Positions 1-10,600 of a stretch of DNA of 44,741 bases are shown piece after piece (position 1 is the first letter of the stretch; each line of letters begins with the position of its first letter). Made by a program: the position numbers and the translations under genes. The notes under the pieces are model-generated. The model worked only from the letters and a program-made list of their open reading frames with translations, was not told the origin of the DNA and made no database searches. Source of the stretch: Chara braunii (Eukaryota > Plantae > Charophyceae); assembly GCA_003427395.1 (NCBI GenBank), contig BFEA01000014.1:2624675-2669415 (forward strand), read 5' to 3'.

Positions 1-2020
1 GTTTTAGGCTTTTAGGCTGAATGTCCGGGACGGGCCCTGCAGGGCCCGTGTGGCTACGCAGTATGCCACAGTAGCACTATCTCCCTCCATACATATCAGC
101 TCCCTGTTCCCAGCGGCAATGAAGGCCCCACAAGTGCCGCAACCTCAGTCTCCGTAGATGTCAGAGTGCTCCTTCATAGCAAAATATGCACACACGTCTT
201 GGCGAAGCTGCAGTCCCCAACTAATTGGGAAACTCCCAACAGTGGCAACAGACATGAAGACTCGCAGAGACTTCTCGCATAGAGACCAAGACTAAGGCTG
301 GGACCCCACTGCCTGGCAGTAGCTGGCCGCGAGCTTTTGGAAGAAATGTTTTGAGACCCCACTGTTGGCGGCAAACGCAAGCACTTTTGTTTCCACTCTG
401 CCTACCTCCGCTTTTATAGCACACCAACCAATCCCCGTGCCCCCTTTCCGCACGGGATGGCTGGTACGCTGGCCAACGTCTAGAGTCCGTCAGCATACCA
501 GCCATCCCGTGCGGAAAGGAGGCATGGGTATTGGTTGATGTGCTGAAAAAATGGAGGCAAACTTGCCCAAAAAGGCAAGTCTTCCGTATCGGGTAACAGA
601 AACCTCGGGAAGTGCCGAAAATTGCTGTGATAGTGGAGTCCCATTTCACTTGCCCATTCCTGTCGGCTACGATTTGTGCTGGCGGATGCTTTCCTGGCCG
701 CCAGCTACCGCCAACCAGTGGGGTCCCTCCCTCCTCCATGTCAAATGGTTAGCGCTCACATCTTCTTTCTGTAAACAGACATTGTAGCAGAACCCACCAC
801 TGGCATGTGTCATGTTCATCTATGCCAAGAAACATCACTTGGGAGTAGATCCTGTGTGCACGACTGAGATGTTGGAAAAGCACAAGCGGCCAACTTGAAG
901 GAACACCAGTGGCAGTAGCTACTGTGTACAAGGATGGGGTGAGAACACTCAAAAGGTAAAAAAGCGCCAACTAATAGGTTCGGAATACGCAAAAAGAACA
1001 CATACCGGCAGGTCAGTCACATGGCAATTTTGGAACGCCAATAAAAGAGGCACAGCACTTGCTAATAAGCACGGATTTCATAACTACAGGGGCGAGGAGT
1101 GGTGCGGCGAGGGCCCAAGTTCAGAAACGGCAAAAGAAAAAAGTGCCTTTAGTTTTGCTTCTTTTTTTTTTTCCAAACTGTGGCCTTGACAAAAAAACTG
1201 CACTTAGTGTTTTTGTTGCCTATCTAAAACTCAGACTTTCTTCGTTTTTGTTTTTTTACAAAAAAACAATTGAAGCCGTGAAGTTCAATCCCAAACTCAG
1301 ACTTTGACTAAGATGTACTAGTTGTTTCAAAAGAAAAAAGGATGCAGTGGGACGTTTATGGATGGTCTGACAATGCCTTCTTTTTCTTTTCACTTGAGAA
1401 AGTAACGGTATACCCAGCTCTGGATGTGATTGCGGTTTCATTGGTGCAGGTCTGGCCATAATTGCACTGACAGATGCATTTTGGAAAGTGCTAGTGTGAG
1501 TATGCCCTAAAAGTGGGTGGGAACACGTCGCAAGGAACAGACTTTTTTTTTCTTTTCAAGCAAGGGACAGGTTGGACGACAGCAACACACTAGAAAGGGG
1601 TGGCCGCATACCGAAGGTCGAAGGACACGTAGCGAGGAACAGGCTGGATAACAACAACAAAAAAGAAAGAGGAAGAAAGGGCTGTGCTCCCATGCTTGTA
1701 CACGGCCCCAGCCTTGCGGAAAGTTTTTGTCGCCACAAGCAAAACTTGGAGGCGCCGTGCAGCCAGGGGCGCCGTCAAAAAAAAATAAATCGGCAGCCTC
1801 CGAAGTGGTGCGGCTTTCATGCTTACACCCGCGAGCCGATGTGTGGTGGACTGGTGCCCAGCTATCGGCCGCGGGAAAAAAAAAACAGAGTAGAAACGTT
1901 TCTAGTCTGATGAATTTGGGCGCTCCTGTGGTGCCCCCTTTGTTTCCTAAAATTGTGGCTTGTTAGCGGGCACGACTTTAGGAAGTACTGGTGGTTTAAA
2001 TTAGGAACGATGTTATTGCC

Positions 2021-2054
<34 letters not shown>

Positions 2055-2672
2055 GCTCCACCTACCGGAACTTTGGGAACTCTCACAAACGGCGCCACAC
2101 AACATGGGCAAACAGTGCTCTCCAATTCCACTGAGTAGTCAGGCCACAAGAATGGACATTAAAAATGAAACTTTTTGGCCAGATCTTCTCAAGACTTGGC
2201 GCAAACTACCCTTACCAGATAAAATCCACCCAAACCAATGGAAAGAGGTCTGTCAACAACCCCTTTTCAATAACAGGTGGATGACTGACTCAAAAGGAAG
2301 GATGTTTCATTGTATGGATTCTTCGTGGAGGGGTTGGGTTAGAAATGGGTTCCTAAGGATTGGGGACATCTAGAACCCAGGAACTCGGGACTGGTACTCC
2401 CTTAGAGTCTCTGATCTCTTGCCTAGCCTGCGTTACTGCAGGAGGACAACAAGAGCACTAGATACAACCATTGAAGCTATTCCGATAGAATGGATAAGGA
2501 TCCTCATAAAAGGACCCGAACTCAAAGAGAATGATTGGGTAGGTATTCAGGGAAGTACCCAACAAATAGGAAATGTGGTAGTGGTGAATGACGAGCGGTC
2601 AGTTTTACTCTCCTTGTTCTAAATTAATCAGAACAATCGGCTAAAGGAAAGTCATACTAAGGAAACCAAATA

Positions 2673-2897
2673 GATCAACGCTGACCAGGTGTTCAGGATC
2701 AGAGTTTTGATATATAAAGACCACTGGATTGCTTTCAAACCATCATGCGCAATTAATAATTGGCATTAGATCCAATATATTGGCCATTGACGGATCAACG
2801 CTAACCAGGTGTTTAGGATCAGAGTTTTGAGATATAGAGACCACTGGATTGCTTTCAAACCATAATGCGCAATTAATAAATTGGCATTAGATCCAAT
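2673..2897 (+). repeat. Tandem duplication (~120 bp period) inside LINE copy A ORF2
   Basis: gatcaacgct(g/a)accaggtgtt...ggcattagatccaat at 2673-2776 and 2793-2897. Confidence 0.85.
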
Positions 2898-3395
2898 CTA
2901 TTGGTGATGGACGGTCCCCCTGGGGAAAAAGTGCACTCGCAATATCCACTCACCGACGGTCAGATGAACTTACTGGATGTTGAGGCATAGATTGGATTTG
3001 AAGAATCGAGTAGAAACTAGGTGGATAGAACATCTAAATGTAAGCAAGGAAGATCTTAGACATGTCAAGTGCTTCTTAGACATGTTAAGTGCTTCAAAAC
3101 TATTAAGATTAAGCCGACAAAAATTGCCTCCTTACAACGGCAAATCGACCATCGATGCATTCCCACGGATGATTGACTAATAGATAGCACCTCGTTGGAG
3201 GAAAAAGGCATAATTGCTCTACCTTAGTGCAAGCTATTCTCCTCTGCATTCCCATCTAGGACCATTCCCGAAACCATCGAGCACATATTTCTTCGATGTC
3301 CATATGCAGTCTGGTTATGGCGATGGTGGGATAGGATTTGGAGTTCCTTTAATACCCCCCTACCGCAACGTCCACCACCAGAACGGTGGGAGGAA

Positions 3396-4886
3396 GTGGT
3401 CAGGCAACCCCTCTTAGGAAACTCCCGCATAACCAACCCCCATGGCAATATATTCTACAGCTCCGAATCTCCATGGAAAGGCTGGGTAAAAAATGGAGTC
3501 ACGAGGGTTGGAGACTTGTGGGATGAAGGAAAAAAAGACTGGAAGGAACAAAACCAAATGAGGGAGAGACGGAGATACTGTCATAACATAGAAAATAACT
3601 TGGGAACCATCACGGAGGCCTTCTCGATTGGGTGGCGATCTATCCTCAGAAAATTACGCAAATTCCAAGATGGGGACTGGGTGGGACAGAGAGAGAACCC
3701 CGGACAGGTGGGACAGATCCACCTTGTGCATCCGGAAGACGCCCTGGTAGAGTGGTATACAATAGGAAGAAGAGGAGAGTTGAAGGGCAGCCGTGACCCT
3801 TTGGTATGGATTCAACATGACCACCTATTCAGGGTTCGCACAATTGGAGAAGGGGAGGAACGACGAGCGTTTATGCCCGAGACCCCGCTTTCCGAACTTC
3901 CATCAGACCCACTAGAATGGCAGTGGGCCCCTCAGATAAGGGCCAAAGGCAGCACTGCGAAACCACGTACATTGTCCAAACTCACGGTAAAAGGCACGTA
4001 TAGGATGCTTAGAGCCCACCGAGAGCTGAAAGACGTGATCATCAATAGGTGGCAGAAACACCTCAATGTGGATAGACACTTTCTTACACCAATACGGTGG
4101 TTTCAAGACTGCAAGTGCAGGCCGGCAAAAATCACCTCGTTTCAATGGGAAATCGCTCACCGCTGCCTCCCCACAAATAATTGGCTGATCGACCAAACAC
4201 AGTTGGAGCAACAAGGCAGAGCCCTACCATGGTGCACACGCTGCCTGCAGGGTTTCCCAGCCAGGAAAAGGCCGTAAACAATTGAACACATTTTTCTGCA
4301 ATGCCCAACAGCTATTCTAACATGGAGATGGGGGGATAGGATTTGGAGACAGATGTTCCCAAATCAGGCATGGCCCTAGGACTGGAGAGCGATCCTGTCG
4401 GGCCATCACCCGTCCTCATAAAATGATATATTCGAAAGGAATATGTTCTCCTTGGGAAGGAAGACGGTTTTGTGGACCCTGTGGTGGCAACGCTGCGTGC
4501 TGGTTTTAGAAGGAAATAGGGTGGAGGGAGAAGAAAGAAGGGATTTATTTAAAACCCATTTCCAAATGAAACTGACGCAAAGGTGGCAGGAAACCAAAAG
4601 AACGTTAGATACCCTCCACACAGGCAAGGACATATCGAACAAGCTTACTCAGTTCGCAGAAGAATGGTTAGGGGGGAAGAGGGAGGGATGGGTAGGAAGA
4701 GTACACTGGTCAGGAGAGAGGTGCGGGGAAGACAAAGAGGAAAGCACACAAGGCAAAATCCCCCAAAATTACCACTTTTCCTTCAAGAATTGGACAGACG
4801 TGGACCTTAGCATTCCCATGCGTCCCGCAGAAGACTTCCCAGACCCCTTCCCACTGCACCCGCTGGGTCTGGAGGAAAGGCTCTGA
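3396..4886 (+). pseudogene. LINE ORF2 C-terminal part (post-RT region, CCHC zinc finger) with in-frame stops
   Basis: ORFs 3396-4277 and 4443-4886 share a frame; HRCLPTN..WCTRC..TIEHIFLQCP zinc-finger signature; ends IPMRPAEDFPDPFP. Confidence 0.85.
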
Positions 4887-5376
4887 AGAAGAGTGGTCAG
4901 ACACAGTCAAACCTTATCTTATCTTTCCCTTCTCAGACCTGCAATTCGTTTTCTTTTCCATTACCAGAAGGAATGCTGTGCCTACTGGAGGGGAGGTGGG
5001 ATTCAGAGGTGGAGGGTGGAAGAGAGGACCCACTGGTGCCCCCCAGTGGCCCCCTCCGATCCCCAAGGGATACTGAATGGAACAGAGGGATTTTTTACGC
5101 AAAGAAGAGGAGGCTGTAACGCAATTGGGGAGAGGGAGGAACTAGTTTTGCAGCAGTAGGTATCTGGCGCCCAGTACAGGGCGAAGAGGTTTACTCCCTG
5201 GGCCCCAAAACCTGCACAGCCAAACCCTCGGGCGACATCCTTCTCAATCACATCTACTATCATGCTCACACCTGCTCAGTCAATCCTCTGGTTCCCAGAG
5301 TAATCAATGCTGGCAGGCACCCTCCAGTCATCATCCAAGTACTTTTCTCTGCATCACAATGTATCATACTGTATCA

Positions 5377-5430
5377 GGGACGCTGGACCCGTTTTCCAGC
5401 AGGTGATGCTCCCCACCAATAGATGGAGCC
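5377..5430 (+). ncRNA. LINE 3'-UTR structured motif B (hairpin + putative H-type pseudoknot); representative copy
   Basis: GGGAC-GCTGG-acccgtttt-CCAGC-A-GGTG-atGCTCCc-CACC-aatagat-GGAGC-C. Also at 7172-7225(-), 16772-16826, 19527-19580, 20029-20081, 29871-29925(-), 36280-36334; partial at 6230-6269(-) and 36927-36972; variants at ~6685-6729(-) and 44113-44160(-). Confidence 0.7.
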
Positions 5431-6001
5431 TCTCCCCAGGTGCTAGCGATGTCTGCCCTCAACAGCATCACTAGCACTGGTGGGACTGCCTTGATGTAAA
5501 AAAAATAAAAATAAAAAAACCTCTGACTTGGTCGTGGAACTGGTGGGCTCTGTTATTTGAGACCTGGTCTCCGGATAAACTAGATGATTTCTCTCATAAC
5601 TTATTTATAACTGGCAAAAGAGTCATCCTCTGGGCCCTTTGGCAACGTCGCTGTACTTTTGAAATGGAGGGAGCGAGGCTGGATGACCCAGATTTTACAG
5701 AGGCAATCAAGCTGCGGGTGCAAACTGTTATCACAGCTCAATGAGACAAAGTAAAAGGAAAAATTCAATTCCTGTCAACTAAAAAAAAAAAAAAACATCA
5801 CATTCAACTACTATACAGTGGCGCTTGGCTAGGGGGGGGCTCAAGGAAGTAAGATTGGACAGATCATTGCCAAAGAGAGTGGGGTTAGGAGAGAGAACAG
5901 GGAAGACCAAAGCGAAGGAATTCAAGGGGACTACCGCCTAACACTCTCCATGATTGGACAAATGTGGACCCAACAGTACCCCTTCGCCCTCTATCAGAGT
6001 T

Positions 6002-6547
6002 CCCAGATCTCTTCCGCCCCCCTCCTCATTATCCCTGGTCCCCATGCGTTGGTATGGCTGCGAATGAGGAGCATAATAATTTTGGTATGTTGTAACCAGC
6101 AAGATGATATTGTCTGTTCTGGTGGCCATACAAGGTTGAAGAGGCTGATTACAAAATATGGAGTGGGATGGACTGGGAGGGTATCAGAGCTATAGCATGG
6201 GCTGGTTCTGTATGACAGGGGAAATAGATGTGGGGAGTTGCACCTGCTGGAAACCGGGTCCAGCGTCCCATGAGAAACAATGAAGGACCGAGGTACAACA
6301 CAAACTGGGAACCGGGCCCCAGATCCCTTCTGCCCCCTTCCTCATTATCCCTGGTCCCCATGAGTTGGTATGGCTGCGAATGAGGAGCATAATAATTTTG
6401 GTATGTTGTAACCAGCAAGATGATATTATCTGTTCTGGTGGCCATACAAGGTTGAAGAGGCTGATTACAGAATATGGAGTGGGATGGACTGGGAGGGTAT
6501 CAGAGCTATAGCATGGGCTGGTTCTGTATGACAGGGGAAATAGATGT
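6002..6547 (+). repeat. ~230-bp direct duplication (6002-6231 / 6318-6547) flanking short inverted LINE-tail fragments
   Basis: Near-identical copies at offset 316; the spacer contains reverse-complement motif B and a piece homologous to 6690-6735. Confidence 0.85.
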
Positions 6548-6597
6548 AAAATTTACGAGCCTGGAGAGATTGCCACAGCCAATGCTCAGGTTCAAAC

Positions 6598-6629
<32 letters not shown>

Positions 6630-7070
6630 CCATGGCATCAGGTAGGAGTGATGATGCGAGCATGCACTCCTACCTGACTTATCGGGGCTCCAAGGTACAG
6701 CACAAACTAGGAACCGGGCCCAGCGTCCCTTCTGATCAGTGCCAGTGGGAAATCTGCAACTGAGTGTTGAGTCTTGTACCTCTTCACCCTGAGAGGGTGC
6801 CATATATATGTATCTTCCTAGCACTTAATCACACTTGTTCTTGGGAAAGGTTGACCCCAACATTCACAGACAATGCAAGGGATTTTCCAGATCATTCATA
6901 CGCATACCACGACCTGGGAACTAAGCAAAGATTCGAGAGATGGAAGGGATCAGGGAAATCCGACAGAGGTCTTAAAGGTACAGTAGGATCAATGTTGCTC
7001 CAGTCATTGAAGGCCAGTCTGTAGTTCCTTGGGATCTCCTCTTGGGCGTTCTCTTTTGTTCCTTCCCACT
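6598..7070 (-). mobile_element. Heavily 5'-truncated LINE (3' UTR only)
   Basis: T-tract 6598-6621, 13-bp perfect hairpin TCAGGTAGGAGTG/CACTCCTACCTGA, variant motif B, motif C at 6779-6806; flanked by tcaggttcaaac / tcaggttctaac. Confidence 0.7.
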
Positions 7071-7635
7071 TCAGGTTCTAACTTTTTTTTTATTTTTATT
7101 TTTTTAAACACGCCCCTGCAGTGCTAGTGATGCGGGTTCCAACGAACAGACACCACGAGCACCCGGGGGGAGGCTCCATCTATTGGCGGGGAGTGTCACC
7201 TGCTGGAAAACGGGTCCAGCGTCCCATATGCAGAAAATGAGTACAGAACAAATCGAGAAGCAAGTTGAAAAGCCCGCCAGCATTGATTGCTCTGGCCTCC
7301 AAAGGATTGACTGAGCAGGCTGATCAGGAAAGGGAGAGAACTTCTACGCCCTGGCACCAGGCGCCGGATATCTACTGTTGAGATCCTAGCTCCTCCTTTC
7401 CCACCGTTGGTAAATCATTACCCATGGGGGCTTCCAGACTCCACCAGGAGATCTGATAAACTAAGACAACCTGCCCCTTGAGAAGAAAGCACTGAAACAT
7501 TTACCAGAACAGACAGAATAAACAGGAGATTTACTGGAGGTCGGGTCCCGTATCCCATACTGTTGTCTGGCCGACTGACCCGAATCCTGAAACCGAGGTA
7601 CTGTGGAGAGAGCAGGGGCTGAAGATGACCATTGT

Positions 7636-10600
7636 TCACTGATCCCTCTGAGCTCCTTCTTCCTGCCCATACCACGGTAGCTCTACAATTGATGTGGCTG
7701 CAGGGGGAAACATGTCAGGGAAGTCCTCTGGGTTTCTCATCGGGATTTCCTGGCCGATCTGCATCCATTCATGGAACTGAAGCTTGCTTTTCTTGGAGAA
7801 CCCGTTGTCGTCCCTTCCTTCCTCTCTATCCCCTTGGCCAACGATGTGTGCCAATCTGCCACCCTTCTCCCCTCCCAGCCAATCTGCACTGAATTTGCTG
7901 ATAACTCTTGTGATGTCTGCTTGTTGCGTTAGGTGAGCTCTCTTTTCCTGTACCTTATTCCATTGCACCCGTATTTCCGTTTCTATAAATTGTCTGACTA
8001 TCTCTTCTGCTTCCCCTTCTCCCATTCTGGCTCCTTCCTAGTCATACACGCATCTCCTTATCCAAAGCATCCATACCACAACTTTTCGGGCGATCTCAAA
8101 TAGGTTTGTGGCGTAGTTGGAGGGGAGAGGCCTTCCCCATTCCCCTAGAAGAATCGTTTTCCATTTCCATGGCCATTCCTCTCCAGTTTCGAGTTGTGAC
8201 CAGATATAGTCCCACCAGCGCCATGTGAGGATCGCCCCTGGGCACTGGAGGAAGATGTGTTCAATCGTTTCGCAGATTTTACGACTCGGGAATCCTGACA
8301 GGCAGAACTTGCACCATGGTAGGGCCTCCCCTTTCTGTTCCAAATTCATCCTGTCAATTATCCAATTGTTGGTGGGGAAACATCTGCGGATAATTTGTCA
8401 TTGCAGGGCGGCGAATTTAGCCGGCCTTTCCCTTATTCCTTTGAACCATTTGATCCCTTTTATCTGATCGTCCCCTAGGTTTAAGTGTCTCTTCCATCTT
8501 TCCTTCACCACTGTCCTCACATCCACTCTGGGTCTAATCATCCTGTATGTGTTTTTTGTAGTTAGGTTGGAAAGCTGTATCTTTTGCCCTGTCCAACCTC
8601 TCACCCATTGCCATTCTAGCGGGTCTAGGGCTAGAGTGGATAGGGGCACTTCCGGACGGTAGACTTGCCATACTGTTTTTCCCCCGTTTTGTGTTTGCAA
8701 TACTCGTATACGATATAGGTTGACGTTTTCATGCCATTAAACTGAGTTTGGGTGGTATCTAACCAGGGTGTCGTCCTCCTTTCTTTCAAACAGGTTTACC
8801 AGGGCGCCATCTTTTCTCGCCTGCATGACGCATCCTATTTCGAGAGGTGAGTCCTCCACTACAACTGCCACCCAGTCCTGCTCATGCATCGCCTGACCTT
8901 TCCTTAGGATCACTACCCAGGCTAAGGGAATGGAGAAAATTAGTTGTTCCAGTCTTTGAGCTAGATTGTGGGAATGTCGAAGATGAGGTCTCAAGTCTTG
9001 GGCGATTTTCCAATCCTTGGTATCTTTGTCCCATATGTCCCCAATTCGGAGGACCCCATTTCTGACCCACGCAGACCATTGGGGGTCCGAGCTGTTAAAC
9101 ACTCGGCCTTGTCGATCCGTGATGCTTCTATTCCCAAACAGGGGTTGTCGTAGGACTTCATCCGTGTGTTCTGGGGGGGTTTGTCTAGGAGCGGAAGCTT
9201 CCTCCAGTCCTTGATTAGGTTGACCTAAAATTTGTCCATTGAGAGGTCTTGCCTTGCTGCTCCTCTGTCCCCTTCCTCTTTCGAATGCAAGTTTGCTCTG
9301 GGGATAGACCAATAACGATCCTCAATCCAGGTTAGTGGGTCTACCCCCGATGTCGTTTTAGGGGCTAGTCTACGGATCTGTTCCTTAGCCATATTCTCCC
9401 AGGGGAGGTTTTTGCCTTGGAGAAGTCTTTTGATCCATTGGATTGCCAGGACTGTTACTTGCAGTGAGGGATCCAACAGACCCATCTCGCCTTTTGTTTT
9501 GGGCTGGATCAACGTGTCCCAGGCTACTCGACTTATCACGTGTTGCAGGCCTGAGTCCCCCCTCCAGAGGAACGCCGCCAACTGTTTTTTGAGGTCTTGG
9601 GTTCCTTTTTTGCTGAGGTGTCAGAGGGCTGATTTGTACCAGATTGCTGCCAACACTTCATTATTGATGATCAGAGCCCTCCCAAAGATAGATGTGTTTT
9701 TGTTTTTCCATTTTTGCATTTTCTCTAGTGCTATGTTAGTTATCCATTCATCGTTCTTCTGTGGTGGTCCTTGTGCTGAGAGTTTCACCCCCAGCACACG
9801 AATATGTTCTTTCAGTGGTCTTCAGTCAACTTTGGGTTGTTCCGGAGGGCGCACTCCGTGGTAGTGGATCCACTAGCCTTGTGTCTTGCTTCCCCAGTTG
9901 ACGGTCATGTTCGACACCCGGGTGAAGCGCGACATCAGGGCTAGGATTTCCGCCATGTTGTCCTGGGTTGCCTCAGTCACTATTGTCAAGTCGTCGGCAA
10001 ACATTGAGTAAATGGGCAACGCTTCCTCCGGGATACCTGCCATATGAAGACGAGAGATCTTCTTGTTCGTTCTTAAGTTAGCTCCCAGGGCCTCCATTAC
10101 TATGATGAATAGAAATGGGGCTATGGGGTCTCCCTGTCTTACGGAGCGTTGCAATCTCAATTCTGGTGCAATCAGGCCATTTACCTGCACCCGTGTTGTC
10201 GCGTTGTGGTGGAGAATCCTGATCCAGTCCTGAAACTCCGGCCCAAAGTTCATTTTTTGAAGGCATCTGTCTAAGAAACACCAATCCACATGGTCGTATG
10301 CCTTCTCAAAATCAATAAACACGATTGCGGCATTTTGCTTTGTTTGTCTTGACAGTTTGATTAGTTCATTAACAAGCAAGACATTATCCTGGATATTCCT
10401 ATTGCGCATAAACCCGGTCTGAGCCGGGTGGATTATTCCTTCCAAGATGGGAATCATCCTATTGGCCAGTGTTTTGGCGACCAACTTGTATACTACTGTA
10501 AGAAGGGTGATTGGTCGATAGTTTCTTATATTGGTCTTATCACCTTTCTTATACAAGAGGGTGATGATTCCTTGACCCGCCAGATCCCCCATGTCTCCTG

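Larger units (their letters stand above)
3351..5519 (+). mobile_element. 5'-truncated L1/Tx1-like LINE (copy B) nested in copy A
   Basis: ORF2 3' part, ~630-nt 3' UTR with motifs C/A/B and a terminal hairpin, A-rich tail 5498-5519. Copy A protein stops just before it and resumes just after it. Confidence 0.8.

Noticed and set aside
1-18. TTTTAGGC x2 telomere-like repeat
   Set aside because: Only two units at the window edge.
5135-5195. HDV-like ribozyme reading of motif C (..U-GG-stem-CGAA..)
   Set aside because: No P2 5' strand, P3 or L3 (YCCNCGY) upstream, and the would-be catalytic C is U in several copies.
6180-6190. GGTATCAGAGC resembling a tRNA-iMet PBS (also ~6496)
   Set aside because: Lacks the leading T, no LTR end precedes it, and it lies within a LINE 3' UTR.
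6586-6597. Target site as tRNA B-box (GGTTCRA)
   Set aside because: No A-box or cloverleaf nearby; the resemblance is short.
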